Below are positions 19,381-34,992 of a stretch of DNA of 64,000 nt, piece after piece. Position 1 is the stretch's first letter. The number at the start of each line of letters is the position of its first letter. The notes beneath the pieces are model-generated. The model made no database searches. It was not told where the DNA came from and worked only from the letters and a program-made list of their open reading frames with translations. This DNA comes from Kofleriaceae bacterium. GTDB taxonomy: Bacteria; Myxococcota_A; Polyangia; Haliangiales; Haliangiaceae. The DNA lies in assembly GCA_965215005.1 (NCBI GenBank), contig CBDCCZ010000010.1, forward strand, positions 156,063 to 220,062. Direction: 5' to 3'. A program made the translations under genes and the position numbers.

Positions 19381-20613
19381 ATGGCTGACCCTAACCCTGC
19401 CCTGCACCTCAGCGCCGCCGGTGCCACCACCATGCCGGCGATCGACTTCGACGACTACGAAGCGAGTCTGCGCGGCAAAACCACCGCAGAGCTTCGCGCC
19501 GCGAGCCTGGTGTTGCGAACCATCGAAAGCCCTTGGCTGATGCGTGTGGGCACGACGCTGGCCCGTCTCGGCCTCGCGTTGCACGTACCCGGCACCGAAC
19601 GCGCCATCGAAGCCACCGTGTTTCAGCAATTCTGCGGCGGCACCAGCCTTACGGCTGCGTTTGGCACCGCCGAGCGTCTCGCGGCGCGTGAAGTACGCAC
19701 CATCCTCGACTACGCCGTCGAATGCGAGCACAGCGAGGCCGGCTTCGATCGCGTTCGAGAGCAGCTCCTCGACATGATCGAGCGCGCCGCCACGCGATCG
19801 GAGGTCGCCTTCTGCGCGGTCAAGATTTCCGGCCTCTGCTCCACGTCGCTGCTCGCCAAACGCTCCGCGGGCGCCTCCTTGAGCGCCATGGAATCGGCGG
19901 CTCTCGAGCGCGCCAACGCACGTCTGGAAGCCGTCGTTGCCAGTGCGCGCCATCGCCAGATGCCAGTGTTCATCGATGCGGAGCACTCGTGGGTGCAGCC
20001 GGCGATCGATGAGATGGTGCTAGCGCAGATGCGGCGTCACAACCGCGGCGTCGCAACCGTGCATACCACTGTGCAGCTCTATCTTCACGATCGCCTCGCC
20101 TACCTCGATGAGCTCATCGCCGACGCCCGCGATCGCGGTTACGTCTTGGGCGTCAAGCTGGTGCGCGGAGCGTATCTCGAGCAGGAAGCGGAGCGCGCCG
20201 CTGAGCGCGGCTACCCCTCCCCGTTGCATCCATCCAAAGCCGCTACCGATGCAGCGTTTGATAGCGCCATCGACCACTGTCTGGATGCCATCGACACCGT
20301 CGAAGCGTGCGTCGCGACCCATAACGCCGCCAGCGTGCGCCATTTACTCGCCGAGATGAGCCATCGCCAGCTCGCCCGCGGCGACCGCCGGATCACGATC
20401 TCGCAGCTCCTGGGCATGCTCGATCGCATCACCTTCCCACTCGCCGCGCATGGCTACAACGCGCTCAAGTATGTGCCCTATGGCGAGGTACGCAGCGCGT
20501 TCCCGTATCTGTTGCGCCGCGCCGATGAAAATCGCTCGGTCGCCAGCCAGATCGAGCCTGAGCTGAAGGCAATCCGCGCCGAGCTCGAGCGGCGTGGGAA
20601 ACACGCCTTGTGA
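19381..20613 (+). CDS. Monofunctional proline dehydrogenase
   Basis: FQQFCGG, VKISGL, FIDAE, VQLYL, GVKLVRGAY, ATHN, QLLGM and KYVPYG...YLLRRADEN. The ORF extension upstream of 19381 is spurious. Confidence 0.92.
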   Translation: MADPNPALHLSAAGATTMPAIDFDDYEASLRGKTTAELRAASLVLRTIESPWLMRVGTTLARLGLALHVPGTERAIEATVFQQFCGGTSLTAAFGTAERLAAREVRTILDYAVECEHSEAGFDRVREQLLDMIERAATRSEVAFCAVKISGLCSTSLLAKRSAGASLSAMESAALERANARLEAVVASARHRQMPVFIDAEHSWVQPAIDEMVLAQMRRHNRGVATVHTTVQLYLHDRLAYLDELIADARDRGYVLGVKLVRGAYLEQEAERAAERGYPSPLHPSKAATDAAFDSAIDHCLDAIDTVEACVATHNAASVRHLLAEMSHRQLARGDRRITISQLLGMLDRITFPLAAHGYNALKYVPYGEVRSAFPYLLRRADENRSVASQIEPELKAIRAELERRGKHAL

Positions 20614-20686
20614 CATTCGCAGACCAAATCCCGAGCCTGCGGTAGCTCTACCGACAAACCGCCGCTAAGCTTGCCGGCAAGAAGAC

Positions 20687-21409
20687 ATGGTCATGAAAGC
20701 ACTTACGACAATTCTGCTCGCAGCGCTGCTAGGCGCCCTTACCGGCCTCAGCGGCTGCAACCCCGGCGATTCCCGCGGCACCGAGCGCTGGGTCACCACG
20801 GAAGACACCAACGTCGAGATCGATTGGGACGCAGTAGGCAAAGCCTATAAAGAGGCGGAAGGCCCCGAGGACTTCGAGCGCCGCATCAACGAGATCTACG
20901 CCGGCGACGAGGTAGTGAGCGTCGCCGTCAAAGATCAAGACGAGAAAACTCAGGTCGTCACCGGCTTCTTTGACAAGAACAAAAGCGGCAGCGTCGACGA
21001 AGGCGAACAGATCTTCACGCTGCAACGCGAAATCACTGGCGAGAACAGCGGCAACTACCAGGTGATGGGCCATGGTCCCTACGCCGGCTATCGCTCGCCC
21101 ATGTGGGACATCGCGGCGGGCATGGTCATGGGCTCTATGATCAGCCGCGCCTTGATGCCCGGCTACTCGCCGCTCTACACCCGGGGCTACACCACCTCGC
21201 CGTCGCGCATGAGCACCTTGCGTAGTCAACGCAGTGGGTTCCGCGCCGCCAATCCGGGCAAGTTCAAAAAATCCAACACCGGACGCAGCTACGGCAGCAA
21301 GGGCAACAAGTGGGGCAGTCGCCCGCGTCCGGCACGGCGCTTCGGCGGCGGTGGACGCTTCGGCGTTCGCAGCAAGCCCAAGCGCCAGCGGGTGCGGTTG
21401 GCGAGCTGA
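20687..21409 (+). CDS. Hypothetical lipoprotein with a Gly/Arg/Ser-rich C-terminal tail
   Basis: LSGC lipobox; low-complexity RGG-like tail. Confidence 0.7.
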   Translation: MVMKALTTILLAALLGALTGLSGCNPGDSRGTERWVTTEDTNVEIDWDAVGKAYKEAEGPEDFERRINEIYAGDEVVSVAVKDQDEKTQVVTGFFDKNKSGSVDEGEQIFTLQREITGENSGNYQVMGHGPYAGYRSPMWDIAAGMVMGSMISRALMPGYSPLYTRGYTTSPSRMSTLRSQRSGFRAANPGKFKKSNTGRSYGSKGNKWGSRPRPARRFGGGGRFGVRSKPKRQRVRLAS

Positions 21410-21424
21410 GCGGCGGCGATCGCC

Positions 21425-21946
21425 ATGATTCGCTCCGTCCTCGAGCTACCGGTCCTGGAACGCGACCCGGTCGAGCTGCTCGGCATCACCAGCGGCGGAT
21501 TCGTCAACGCCGACTACGACCGCTTCGGCTTCGCTCGCGTCGCCGGGCTGGTGCTCGCCGATTTCGAGCAGCGGCAACCGATCGAGCTCGACGAGGCGTT
21601 GCTGCTCGCGGTCCACACCGCCGACGACGCCGAGCCGCTCGCCGATGATCTCGACCTCGAGTTTTGGCTGACCGATGAGCGTGATGAGCAGCTGGCGTTT
21701 CAAGCGACCTTGTCGCTGTTTCTCGAGCGCTGGCTTCCGCGCCTTCCGCAAGAGCCGAGCGCCCTGGTGCTCGCGGTGTGCAATCCCGCGAGCACCGAGC
21801 TCCCCCGGCCTCCAGGGCTCGCGCGCAATCGGCAGTTTTACTACCCTCACGGCGACGTCACCGCCTGGTTCGAAGACTCCGCCAATCCCATTGCCCTCGC
21901 CACCGGCACCCTCGGCCTCAGCGCCGATGCCTGGCGCTGCCAGTGA
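21425..21946 (+). CDS. Hypothetical protein
   Basis: Acidic ORF in operon spacing. Confidence 0.65.
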   Translation: MIRSVLELPVLERDPVELLGITSGGFVNADYDRFGFARVAGLVLADFEQRQPIELDEALLLAVHTADDAEPLADDLDLEFWLTDERDEQLAFQATLSLFLERWLPRLPQEPSALVLAVCNPASTELPRPPGLARNRQFYYPHGDVTAWFEDSANPIALATGTLGLSADAWRCQ

Positions 21947-21951
21947 ACCCC

Positions 21952-22434
<483 letters not shown>

Positions 22435-22452
22435 CGGTTCCCGCGCCCCGGC

Positions 22453-22486
22453 AAAAAACCCCTGAGTCGCTAGGACTCAGGGGTTT

Positions 22487-22487
<1 letters not shown>
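22453..22487. terminator. Bidirectional rho-independent terminator
   Basis: AAAACCCCTGAGTC-gctag-GACTCAGGGGTTTT perfect stem with A/T tails between the convergent CDS and tRNA. Confidence 0.85.
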
Positions 22488-22562
<75 letters not shown>

Positions 22563-22719
22563 AAGAAACGTCGGCGGATGTGGGCTCAGGACACTACACG
22601 CGGCTCCAGCACCTGTCCAGAGGCTGTGCACCAATGTTTTTCGCGAGTCGCGCCGCGGCATTCGAGCAGGGGATCGGTAAGGCCCCCTACGTGAGGTTAA
22701 ATTCGCGGGATCACGGGGC

Positions 22720-24750
<2,031 letters not shown>

Positions 24751-24845
24751 CGCGGGAGCTGTCCCGCACGACTTCCGGGCACCTCTGCCCACACCGATGG
24801 ATCTGCAGCCTAGACAGGCAGCAATAACCGCGCGCATGATCGAGT

Positions 24846-25736
24846 ATGCGTCTTACGATGTGGTTGATTGTGAGCTTATCGCTCCTTCTGGCAAGCAGCT
24901 CGTGCACGACGGACGATGCCAGTCCCTCCGCAGGCAACAACGACGACACTCCTGATCGCCCCGCGCCAACTGATGGCACGACGGGCGGCGACTGCAAGCA
25001 ACTGGTCAACACTGGCGTGGAGTATTGCCTCCGAGCCAATGCCACGTGCACCACCGCCGGTGCCGGATGCGCCCTACTGGTCGTCCACAACACCGACGCT
25101 CCTCTGAGCTGGGTCGACGACACCAGCGTTCCGCTCGTGGTCGCCCGCTCCCTTGGAGGCTTCGACGGCAACAGTGTCAAGGACTGGATGGCGGAGCTGG
25201 CGACAACGCTCGTAGATGACTATCCGGGTATCGATAGCAACCGCGTCTTCTTTCTCGGTTGGTCCGCTGGCGCCGGTGCGGCACACCGCGGCATGTGCCA
25301 CACCTCGAAAGGCTCGGGACAGTCGGAGTATGGCAGTAACCCCGACCTCTATGCCGCAATGATCACTCTCGGCGGCTGCCCGGCGTGCTCCGCTGGCTGG
25401 AGTCCCTCGAGCCCAATGCACGTGCTCGCCGTCAACGGTCAAGAAGACCCCTTCGGAGGCGGTGGGTGCGAAGAGAACCTTCGTGAATGGGCTCGTGACA
25501 ACGGGTGCCAAGACCCCGATCGTGCATGGCAGAACGTCACCGAAGATGATTTGATGTCAGGCGGCGACGGCTCGGATATCGTGCAAAAACTGGATTTCAC
25601 GAGCTGCAGCAACGGTCGTGTCATCGGCTATCGCTTCCGCGACGAGGAACACACACTCTCATTCAAGAAACATTTTGATCCCAAAGTTTCCGCTCTTGAG
25701 ATGGCCCGCCAGTTCCTAACTGACAAGCGGAAATAG
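24846..25736 (+). CDS. Secreted alpha/beta-hydrolase (esterase/PHB-depolymerase-like) lipoprotein
   Basis: Signal peptide with Cys; IDSNRVFFLGWSAG nucleophile elbow; NGQED and a C-terminal His. Confidence 0.7.
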   Translation: MRLTMWLIVSLSLLLASSSCTTDDASPSAGNNDDTPDRPAPTDGTTGGDCKQLVNTGVEYCLRANATCTTAGAGCALLVVHNTDAPLSWVDDTSVPLVVARSLGGFDGNSVKDWMAELATTLVDDYPGIDSNRVFFLGWSAGAGAAHRGMCHTSKGSGQSEYGSNPDLYAAMITLGGCPACSAGWSPSSPMHVLAVNGQEDPFGGGGCEENLREWARDNGCQDPDRAWQNVTEDDLMSGGDGSDIVQKLDFTSCSNGRVIGYRFRDEEHTLSFKKHFDPKVSALEMARQFLTDKRK

Positions 25737-25988
25737 GCTACGCAGCGGCCACGATGTAGCGGCGCGCTCGCGCCTCGGCGAGGAGCTGATCGCGAACTCC
25801 CGAGTGCGCGATGTCGATGAGCGCCTGCGCGCGATGCCGAACGGCGCCGCGGATGAAGTCGACCTACGTCTGTCTAGCCATGCGAACCCGTCGCTACGCA
25901 AGCAACACGCCGTCTATCGCGGCCGGCGCAACTTGCAATGGTATTCATTTCATCTACACCATGAGCGAAGGCCTGATACAAAGCATGC

Positions 25989-27036
<1,048 letters not shown>

Positions 27037-27104
27037 GACGCGCCAGGCAGACACGAGGAGCACGCCGCATCCACGCGCGCTGCATGAACCGATTCGCGCG
27101 CTTG

Positions 27105-28596
<1,492 letters not shown>

Positions 28597-28612
28597 CGTC
28601 GGCCCCTCCATA

Positions 28613-28627
28613 GCGGATTTCATGCCA
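28613..28627 (-). promoter_or_regulatory. Candidate sigma-54 promoter for the response regulator
   Basis: Minus strand reads TGGCATGAAATCCGC (GG-N10-GC) just upstream of the GGAGG RBS and ATG 28596. Confidence 0.5.
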
Positions 28628-28737
28628 GCAAGCGCGATGGAGCAGGTCTGCCCAACCACGGCTCGCCCTCCTGCGTCGATTCCGTCGAGTCCGACGTCCG
28701 CAGCATTCGCTGGCGCAGCGGCTTGTTCTGAGCATCG

Positions 28738-28779
28738 CGCAGAATTTGCGCAAGGAGCAATCGACCCGCAGAATCTGCG
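28738..28779. promoter_or_regulatory. Paired palindromes CGCAG-AAT-(T/C)TGCG, candidate enhancer (bEBP) sites
   Basis: CGCAGAATTTGCG (28738-28750) and CGCAGAATCTGCG (28767-28779), ~110-150 bp upstream of the sigma-54 motif. Confidence 0.5.
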
Positions 28780-28783
28780 GCTC

Positions 28784-30353
28784 TCAGCTGCGACCGAGAA
28801 GGGGAAGACAGACGGTGAAGACAGTGGAGTTGGGACGAGACCTGGCGTCAACGGTACCGGCGTGAGCGGTGACGATGCGATGAACGATCGCGAGCCCTAG
28901 GCCGGTCCCGGATTCCTTGGTCGTATAGAACGGCTCGAAGATAGGCCCATCGTGCGGAATCCCCGGCCCATCGTCCTCGACCTCGAGCACGGCCTCGTCG
29001 CGCCGCGCTTCCACGCGCACCCGCACGCAGCCCCCGGCACCAGTCGCCTCCACCGCGTTGCGCACCAAGTTGTGAAGGACCTGCTTGATCTTCTCGTCGT
29101 CGTACTGCGTGCGCACCGAGTCCCCAGGCTCCAGCACCAGGTCGACCCCGCCGACCTCGGCCTCGGGACGGATCAGCGCGACGATCACCTTGGCGGTTTG
29201 GCGCAAATCACCGCTCGCTCGACCGAGCGGCTGCGGGCGCGCGAAGTCGAGGAACTCGCCCACCAGCGTTGCCAGCCGCTTTATCTCGCCCACTGCCAAC
29301 ACCGCCGCTTGCCGCGCACCAGGCACGTCTGGCTGATCGCGGCCGAGTCGGCGATCGAGCAACGTGAGCTGCAGGTGCGCCGAGTTGAGCGGATTGCGGA
29401 TCTCGTGCGCGAGTCCTGCGGCCATGGTGCCGAGGGAAGCCAACCGTTCGGCGCGGCGGGTGCGGACCGCCAGCTCGTGCTCCTCGGTGACGTCGAGGCC
29501 GATCGCGCAGAGAATGGTGCGCTCCGGCTCCGTCAAGGTAGTCAGCTGCCAACGCACTCGGTGCTCACGACCCTGGGGATCGCGCACTGGAGTCTCGAAG
29601 GGCGGCAGGTGCTTACCCGCGAGAAGCTCGCGTTCATGCGCAGACCAGCGATTGCCGTCGGTGCCGAAAAGCTCGTACCAGGTGCTGTGGCGCGCCTCTG
29701 CCCTAGCAATTCCCCGTGAGCTCTTCGCAACGGCGGTTGAATAGCAGAATCGGTCGACCCGGCTCCCACGTAACGATCAGGGCCTCGCCCGTCTCGACGA
29801 TCTCTTGGTAACGCGCCTCGCTTAGAGCGAGCTGGCGCACGAGGAGCTCTTTCTCGACGCGCTCGAGATGTTGAAGCCGCGCCAGCGACGCTTCTGCGTA
29901 CGTCTCGAGCATGATCGCGAGCTCGAGATCGAGGATCTTATGCAGCGCCGTTGACACTGCCACTTGCTCAGCCGGCTCAGCGATGGCCTCGCGCGCGATG
30001 CGCAGCAGCGAGCGGCGAACCACGTCCATTGCACCGAACATGTAGCGCTGCGGCAGGGCGATTTCGACGTGGCGGCGACCGATGCGAGCCCGCCGCTCGA
30101 AATACCGCTGATCCCACGGTCCCTCGAGGAGCTCGCGCATCCATACCTGCAGCGTGCCTTTGAGACGATCGATCTGCGCATCGTCCACGAACACCCGCCG
30201 TGCGTCTTCGTGGTGCGCTAGACGCGCGTAGAACTGTTCGGCGATGGCCGCGAAATGCGGAGCCGCAAGCGGCGCCAAGCGCTGAAGAACACGCTCATCC
30301 GCGGCACCGAATTCCATGTAGCGCCGCATCTCTTCGAAGAAGACCTCCGCCAC
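28784..30353 (-). CDS. Globin-coupled (protoglobin) PAS sensor histidine kinase, +1 frameshift near 29712-29715
   Basis: Globin part: AEQFYARL (B10 Tyr), [18 protein letters not shown] (F8 His), [30 protein letters not shown]. Kinase: [37 protein letters not shown]. Confidence 0.9.
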
Positions 30354-30432
30354 CGCACGACGTCTTACCACATGGCTGGCGGATGCTCCGCCGGCCACCG
30401 CGCCGACAAGAAACTGCGACCCCGGAGTTGAG

Positions 30433-30520
30433 CGCAAACGTTGCGTGACTGCAACGCAAGAATCTCGCTGAACGCAAAGCTTGCGCGCCTCACGCGCCGC
30501 AGAGCGGGCACACGACTTGC
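30433..30520 (+). promoter_or_regulatory. cco promoter region: two CGCAA-N3-TTGCG palindromes plus a sigma-54 motif
   Basis: CGCAAACGTTGCG (30433-30445), CGCAAAGCTTGCG (30473-30485) and GGCACACGACTTGC (30507-30520, GG-N10-GC). Confidence 0.55.
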
Positions 30521-30539
30521 GATGCAGCGCGGCAACGTC

Positions 30540-32705
30540 ATGCAACCCTCATCGACTTTTCGCTACGACGACAAGAGCACGCGGATGTTCGTCGTCGCCA
30601 CCTTGTTCTGGGGCGCCGTCGGCATGCTGGTGGGTCTGCTATTGGCCCTTCAGCTGGCACTCCCGGAGCTAAACCTGCCGCCGTACTTCACCTTCGGGCG
30701 GCTACGACCGCTGCACACCAATGCGGTGATCTTTGCCTTCGCCGGCAACGCGGTGTTCGCAGCGATGTACTACTCGAGCCAACGGCTGCTACGCACGAGG
30801 ATGTGGTCCGATAGGCTGAGCAAGTTCCACTTCTGGGGCTGGCAGGCGATCATCGTCGCGGCCGCCATCACGCTGCCCCTCGGCTTTACCCAGGGCAAAG
30901 AGTACGCCGAGCTCGAGTGGCCGATTGATATCGCCATTGCAGTGGTTTGGGTGGCGTTCGCGATCAACTACTTCGCGACTCTGGCGATTCGCCGCGAGCG
31001 CCATATGTACGTCGCGATTTGGTTCTACATCGCGACCATCGTCACCGTTGCCATCCTGCACATCTTCAACAACCTGGTGATGCCCGCTGGCATTCTGAAG
31101 AGCTACTCGCTGTATGCCGGTGTTCAAGACGCCTTCATGCAGTGGTGGTACGGGCACAACGCGGTGGCATTCGTCCTCACGACCCCGTTTCTCGGCATGA
31201 TGTACTACTTCCTGCCCAAGGCGGCCGAACGACCCGTATTCTCGTATCGGCTTTCGATCATCCACTTTTGGACCTTGGTGTTCATCTACATCTGGGCGGG
31301 CCCGCATCACCTGCACTACACCGCGCTGCCCGGTTGGGCTTCTGCGCTCGGCGTGATCTTCTCGGTGATGCTGTGGATGCCGTCCTGGGGCGGCATGATC
31401 AACGGCTTGCTCACCTTACGCGGCGCCTGGAACAAGGTCGCCCAGGATCCGGTGCTCAAGTTCTTCGTCGTTGCCATCACCTTCTACGGCATGGCGACGT
31501 TCGAAGGCCCGATGATGTCGGTCAAAAGCGTCAACTCGCTGTCGCACTACACCGACTGGACCATCGCCCACGTTCACGCCGGCGCTCTCGGCTGGGTCGG
31601 GTTCATGACCTTCGGCATGATCTATTGGCTGGCGCCGCGCTTGTTTCAAGTCGAGCTGTATTCCAAGCGACTCGCCACCGCGCACTTCTGGATAGCCACC
31701 ATCGGTATCGTTGTCTACGTCGTCGCTATGTGGTCGGCCGGCATCACGCAGGGCCTAATGTGGCGCACCTTCGACGAAACCGGCCGCCTGCAGTACCCGG
31801 ACTTCCTGCAGACTGTTGTCGAGTTGATCCCAATGTATTGGGTTCGCGCTATCGGCGGCGGCATGTACGTCATTGGCGCGCTGATGTGCGGGTACAACGT
31901 CTTCCGAACCTGGAAGGCGCGTCCCGCCAAGTACGATGAGCCAGAAATCAACGTCCCGCCACTGCAGCCGGTCGAAGCCGCCGAGTTGGTCACTGGCGAA
32001 GACGTGAAGGTGGTCAAGGAGAGCTTCCATCGCCGCTGGGAGCGGCTGCCGCGCCTGTTCACCATCCTCACCGTTGGTGCCGTGGTGATCGCGTCGCTGT
32101 TCGAGATCATCCCAACCTTCGTCATCGGCTCGAACGTCCCGCGAATCGCCTCGGTGAAGCCGTACACACCACTCGAGCTGTACGGCCGCGACATCTACAT
32201 CGCCGAGGGTTGTTACAACTGCCACTCGCAGATGGTGCGCCCGTTCGTAGACGAGGTCGTTCGCTACGGCGAGTACTCTAAGCCAGGCGAGTTCGTCTAT
32301 GACCACCCCCATCAGTGGGGCAGCAAGCGAACCGGACCAGACCTGCATCGTGAGGGCGGGCGCCGCAACCACCTCTGGCACGTTCACCACTTTGCGAATC
32401 CGCGGTCGACCTCGCCCGGGTCCATCATGCCGCCGTACCCGCATCTCTTCGCAAGCGAGATCCCGTGGGACGACGTGCAAACGCGCGTCGACGCGATGGC
32501 CATGCTCGGGGTCCCTTATGGCGCTAACGAGCTACAGCAAGCGGCCCAGGTGGCAAAAGCGCAAGCGAAGGAGATTGCCGCCGAGATCGCGGTGCAGGGC
32601 GGTCCCGCTGGTCTCGATAGTAAGCAAGTCATCGCGCTCATCGCATACATGCAGCGGCTCGGCACCGATATCACCGCCGACCATCCCGCAGATTCGAGGA
32701 GATGA
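30540..32705 (+). CDS. ccoN: cbb3-type cytochrome c oxidase, fused subunits I and II (CcoN-CcoO)
   Basis: FGRLRPLHTNAVIFAF, WWYGHNAV, WAGPHHLHY and HVH; C-terminal GRDIYIAEGCYNCHSQMVRP and WGSKRTGPDL. Confidence 0.97.
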   Translation: MQPSSTFRYDDKSTRMFVVATLFWGAVGMLVGLLLALQLALPELNLPPYFTFGRLRPLHTNAVIFAFAGNAVFAAMYYSSQRLLRTRMWSDRLSKFHFWGWQAIIVAAAITLPLGFTQGKEYAELEWPIDIAIAVVWVAFAINYFATLAIRRERHMYVAIWFYIATIVTVAILHIFNNLVMPAGILKSYSLYAGVQDAFMQWWYGHNAVAFVLTTPFLGMMYYFLPKAAERPVFSYRLSIIHFWTLVFIYIWAGPHHLHYTALPGWASALGVIFSVMLWMPSWGGMINGLLTLRGAWNKVAQDPVLKFFVVAITFYGMATFEGPMMSVKSVNSLSHYTDWTIAHVHAGALGWVGFMTFGMIYWLAPRLFQVELYSKRLATAHFWIATIGIVVYVVAMWSAGITQGLMWRTFDETGRLQYPDFLQTVVELIPMYWVRAIGGGMYVIGALMCGYNVFRTWKARPAKYDEPEINVPPLQPVEAAELVTGEDVKVVKESFHRRWERLPRLFTILTVGAVVIASLFEIIPTFVIGSNVPRIASVKPYTPLELYGRDIYIAEGCYNCHSQMVRPFVDEVVRYGEYSKPGEFVYDHPHQWGSKRTGPDLHREGGRRNHLWHVHHFANPRSTSPGSIMPPYPHLFASEIPWDDVQTRVDAMAMLGVPYGANELQQAAQVAKAQAKEIAAEIAVQGGPAGLDSKQVIALIAYMQRLGTDITADHPADSRR

Positions 32706-32710
32706 GACCA

Positions 32711-32890
32711 ATGAGACTCGCCGATCTGGTCAGCAACATGACCCCGAGCACGTTCACCATCATCGCGACGATCATCTTCGTCACCGTCTTCGTCGCCGTC
32801 GTCGTTCGCGCACTATCGCCGAGCGCACGTGCCGAGCACCAGCGCGCCCTGCAGCTGCCGCTCGACGACGAGCTCAAAGGTAGCAAATGA
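32711..32890 (+). CDS. ccoQ: cbb3-type oxidase small subunit CcoQ
   Basis: Single TM helix and C-terminal LPLDD; located between ccoO and ccoP. Confidence 0.85.
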   Translation: MRLADLVSNMTPSTFTIIATIIFVTVFVAVVVRALSPSARAEHQRALQLPLDDELKGSK

Positions 32891-33546
32891 ATCAGAAGCC
32901 ACCCTCAGCACCGAGCAGCGATACACCGCACTTCGATAGCGGCCCCGGCACCGACCTAGTCACAGATGGTCCCGGCGACCCACTGCTACTCGAGCACGAG
33001 TACGACGGCATTCTCGAATATGACAATCCGTTGCCTGGCTGGTGGTCCGGGATCTTCATCCTGACCATCATGTTCTCGATTGGGTATTGGGTGTGGTTCT
33101 CGTTCGGTGGCCCTGGCGCAGACGACGAAGCGTCGTTCGACCGCGCCTGGGCCGTCTACTCGGAGCAAAAGGCGCGACTCGAGCGAGACAACAGCTTCAC
33201 GGTCAATGAACAAGTGCTCGCGCGCATGGCCGCCGACCCGCACGCGGTCAACGTCGGTCAGTACATCTTCGCTCAGCACTGCGTAGGCTGCCATCTCGCC
33301 GATGGCAGCGGCATCGTCGGGCCCAATCTCACCGATGAGTTTCAAATTCACGGAACCACCGGTCTCGACCTCTACGAAACCATCCGCGACGGTGTTCCCG
33401 ACAAGGGCATGATTGCCTGGGGCGTCACGCTCTCGGAAAAAGACATGGCCAGCGTCGCCGCGTACGTGTGGACGCTTCGGGGCAAAAACCTATCCGGCAA
33501 GGAGCCGCAAGGGGAGCGCATCGCGGACGCCGCCGAGTCGCCCTAG
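32887..33546 (+). CDS. ccoP: cbb3-type oxidase subunit III CcoP (monoheme)
   Basis: HEYDGILEYDNPLPGWW, CVGCH, GPNLTD and KGMIAWG. Confidence 0.95.
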   Translation: MNQKPPSAPSSDTPHFDSGPGTDLVTDGPGDPLLLEHEYDGILEYDNPLPGWWSGIFILTIMFSIGYWVWFSFGGPGADDEASFDRAWAVYSEQKARLERDNSFTVNEQVLARMAADPHAVNVGQYIFAQHCVGCHLADGSGIVGPNLTDEFQIHGTTGLDLYETIRDGVPDKGMIAWGVTLSEKDMASVAAYVWTLRGKNLSGKEPQGERIADAAESP

Positions 33547-33573
33547 CGATGACCCTGCCAAAGGGTTTGCATC

Positions 33574-34992
33574 ATGAACAACAAGACTGTTGTCGTCCCC
33601 AAGGCCCCAGGCCCGGTTCTCTCCACTCTCAACTCAGATGGCACTCGCCATAAGATTCGCCCAAAGGTGTCGCGTGGGCGCTTCTGGAAGCGACGCGGTG
33701 TGCTCGCCTATGCCTTGATCGCGCTGTTCATCGGGCTACCGCTTCTCGAGATCAACGGCCATCCAGCGCTGCTCTTGGATGTTGCAGGGGCGCAGCTGTT
33801 CGTATTCGGCCTGGTGTTTCGCCCCAGCGATGGCGTCTTGTTGATGCTCTTGGGACTAACGCTCGTGCTCGCGGTGTTTCTGATAACTGCGCTACTCGGG
33901 CGAGCCTGGTGTGGTTGGGCGTGCCCCCAAACGATCTATCTCGAATGGGTGTACCGGCCGATCGAGCGCCTCATCGAAGGCACGCCCAAGCAACAGCGAG
34001 AGCTGGACGCTAGCCCCGGCATGCCGAAGCGTCGTCTGCTGACCTACGCGGTGTTCGCGGTGCTGTCGTTCTTCGTAGGCAACATCTTTCTGGCCTACTT
34101 CGTTGGTGTGCAGACGCTGCTCACCTGGATCCAGAGCTCGCCCCTGCAGCATCCGGGAGGGTTTACGGTAATGGCCCTGGTCGGCAGCTTGATGTTCCTC
34201 GACTTCGCCTGGTTCCGCGAACAAACGTGCATTCTGGCCTGTCCCTACGGCCGCCTGCAGACCGTGCTCCTCGATCAGAGCTCAACCATCGTTGGCTACG
34301 ATCCAGCGCGCGGCGAGCCGCGCGGCAAGCCGGGCAAGCTGACACACGCCGCGCCGCGCAACCTCGGTGACTGCATCGACTGCCATGCATGCGTTGCGAC
34401 CTGCCCCACCGGCATTGATATCCGCGACGGTCTGCAGATGGAGTGCGTGAGCTGCACGCAGTGCATTGACGCGTGCGACGCCATCATGGACAAGGTTGGG
34501 CGTCCGCGCGGACTGATTCGCTACTCCTCGCAAGAGGAGCTAGCGGGCAAGCCAAACCGCATTCTGCGCACCCGCACCATCGTCTATCCTGCGCTGCTCG
34601 CGCTGGTCGTAATCCTGCTCATCTGGCAGCTTGGAGATCGGCCGACCACCGAGGTGTGGCCTCTGCGGGCGCAGGCGCAGTCTTTCGCGGTGCTCGCCGA
34701 TGGTCGGGTGTCATCGCAGACGCCGCTGCGCGTCGAGAATCGGCAAGACGAGATCCGCCGGTACACCGTTGAGCTCCACGATGCCGGTGACGTCACGGTC
34801 GCTGCGCCGCGAGCGCCAATCCAGATCGACCCGGGCGCCTCGAGCATCATCAACGTCATCACGCTTGCGCCTCGCAGCAGCTTCGCCGGTGGTGAACGCC
34901 GCGCCACCATCGTAGTGCGCGACGACAGCGGTTGGCAGAAGCGCCTGCACGTAACCCTCATGGGTCCGACGACCCAAGGAGCCTCGCGATGA
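33574..34992 (+). CDS. ccoG: Cytochrome c oxidase accessory protein CcoG
   Basis: GRAWCGWACPQT, REQTCILACPYGRLQ, DCIDCHACVATCPTGIDIRDGLQMECVSCTQCIDAC. Confidence 0.96.
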   Translation: MNNKTVVVPKAPGPVLSTLNSDGTRHKIRPKVSRGRFWKRRGVLAYALIALFIGLPLLEINGHPALLLDVAGAQLFVFGLVFRPSDGVLLMLLGLTLVLAVFLITALLGRAWCGWACPQTIYLEWVYRPIERLIEGTPKQQRELDASPGMPKRRLLTYAVFAVLSFFVGNIFLAYFVGVQTLLTWIQSSPLQHPGGFTVMALVGSLMFLDFAWFREQTCILACPYGRLQTVLLDQSSTIVGYDPARGEPRGKPGKLTHAAPRNLGDCIDCHACVATCPTGIDIRDGLQMECVSCTQCIDACDAIMDKVGRPRGLIRYSSQEELAGKPNRILRTRTIVYPALLALVVILLIWQLGDRPTTEVWPLRAQAQSFAVLADGRVSSQTPLRVENRQDEIRRYTVELHDAGDVTVAAPRAPIQIDPGASSIINVITLAPRSSFAGGERRATIVVRDDSGWQKRLHVTLMGPTTQGASR

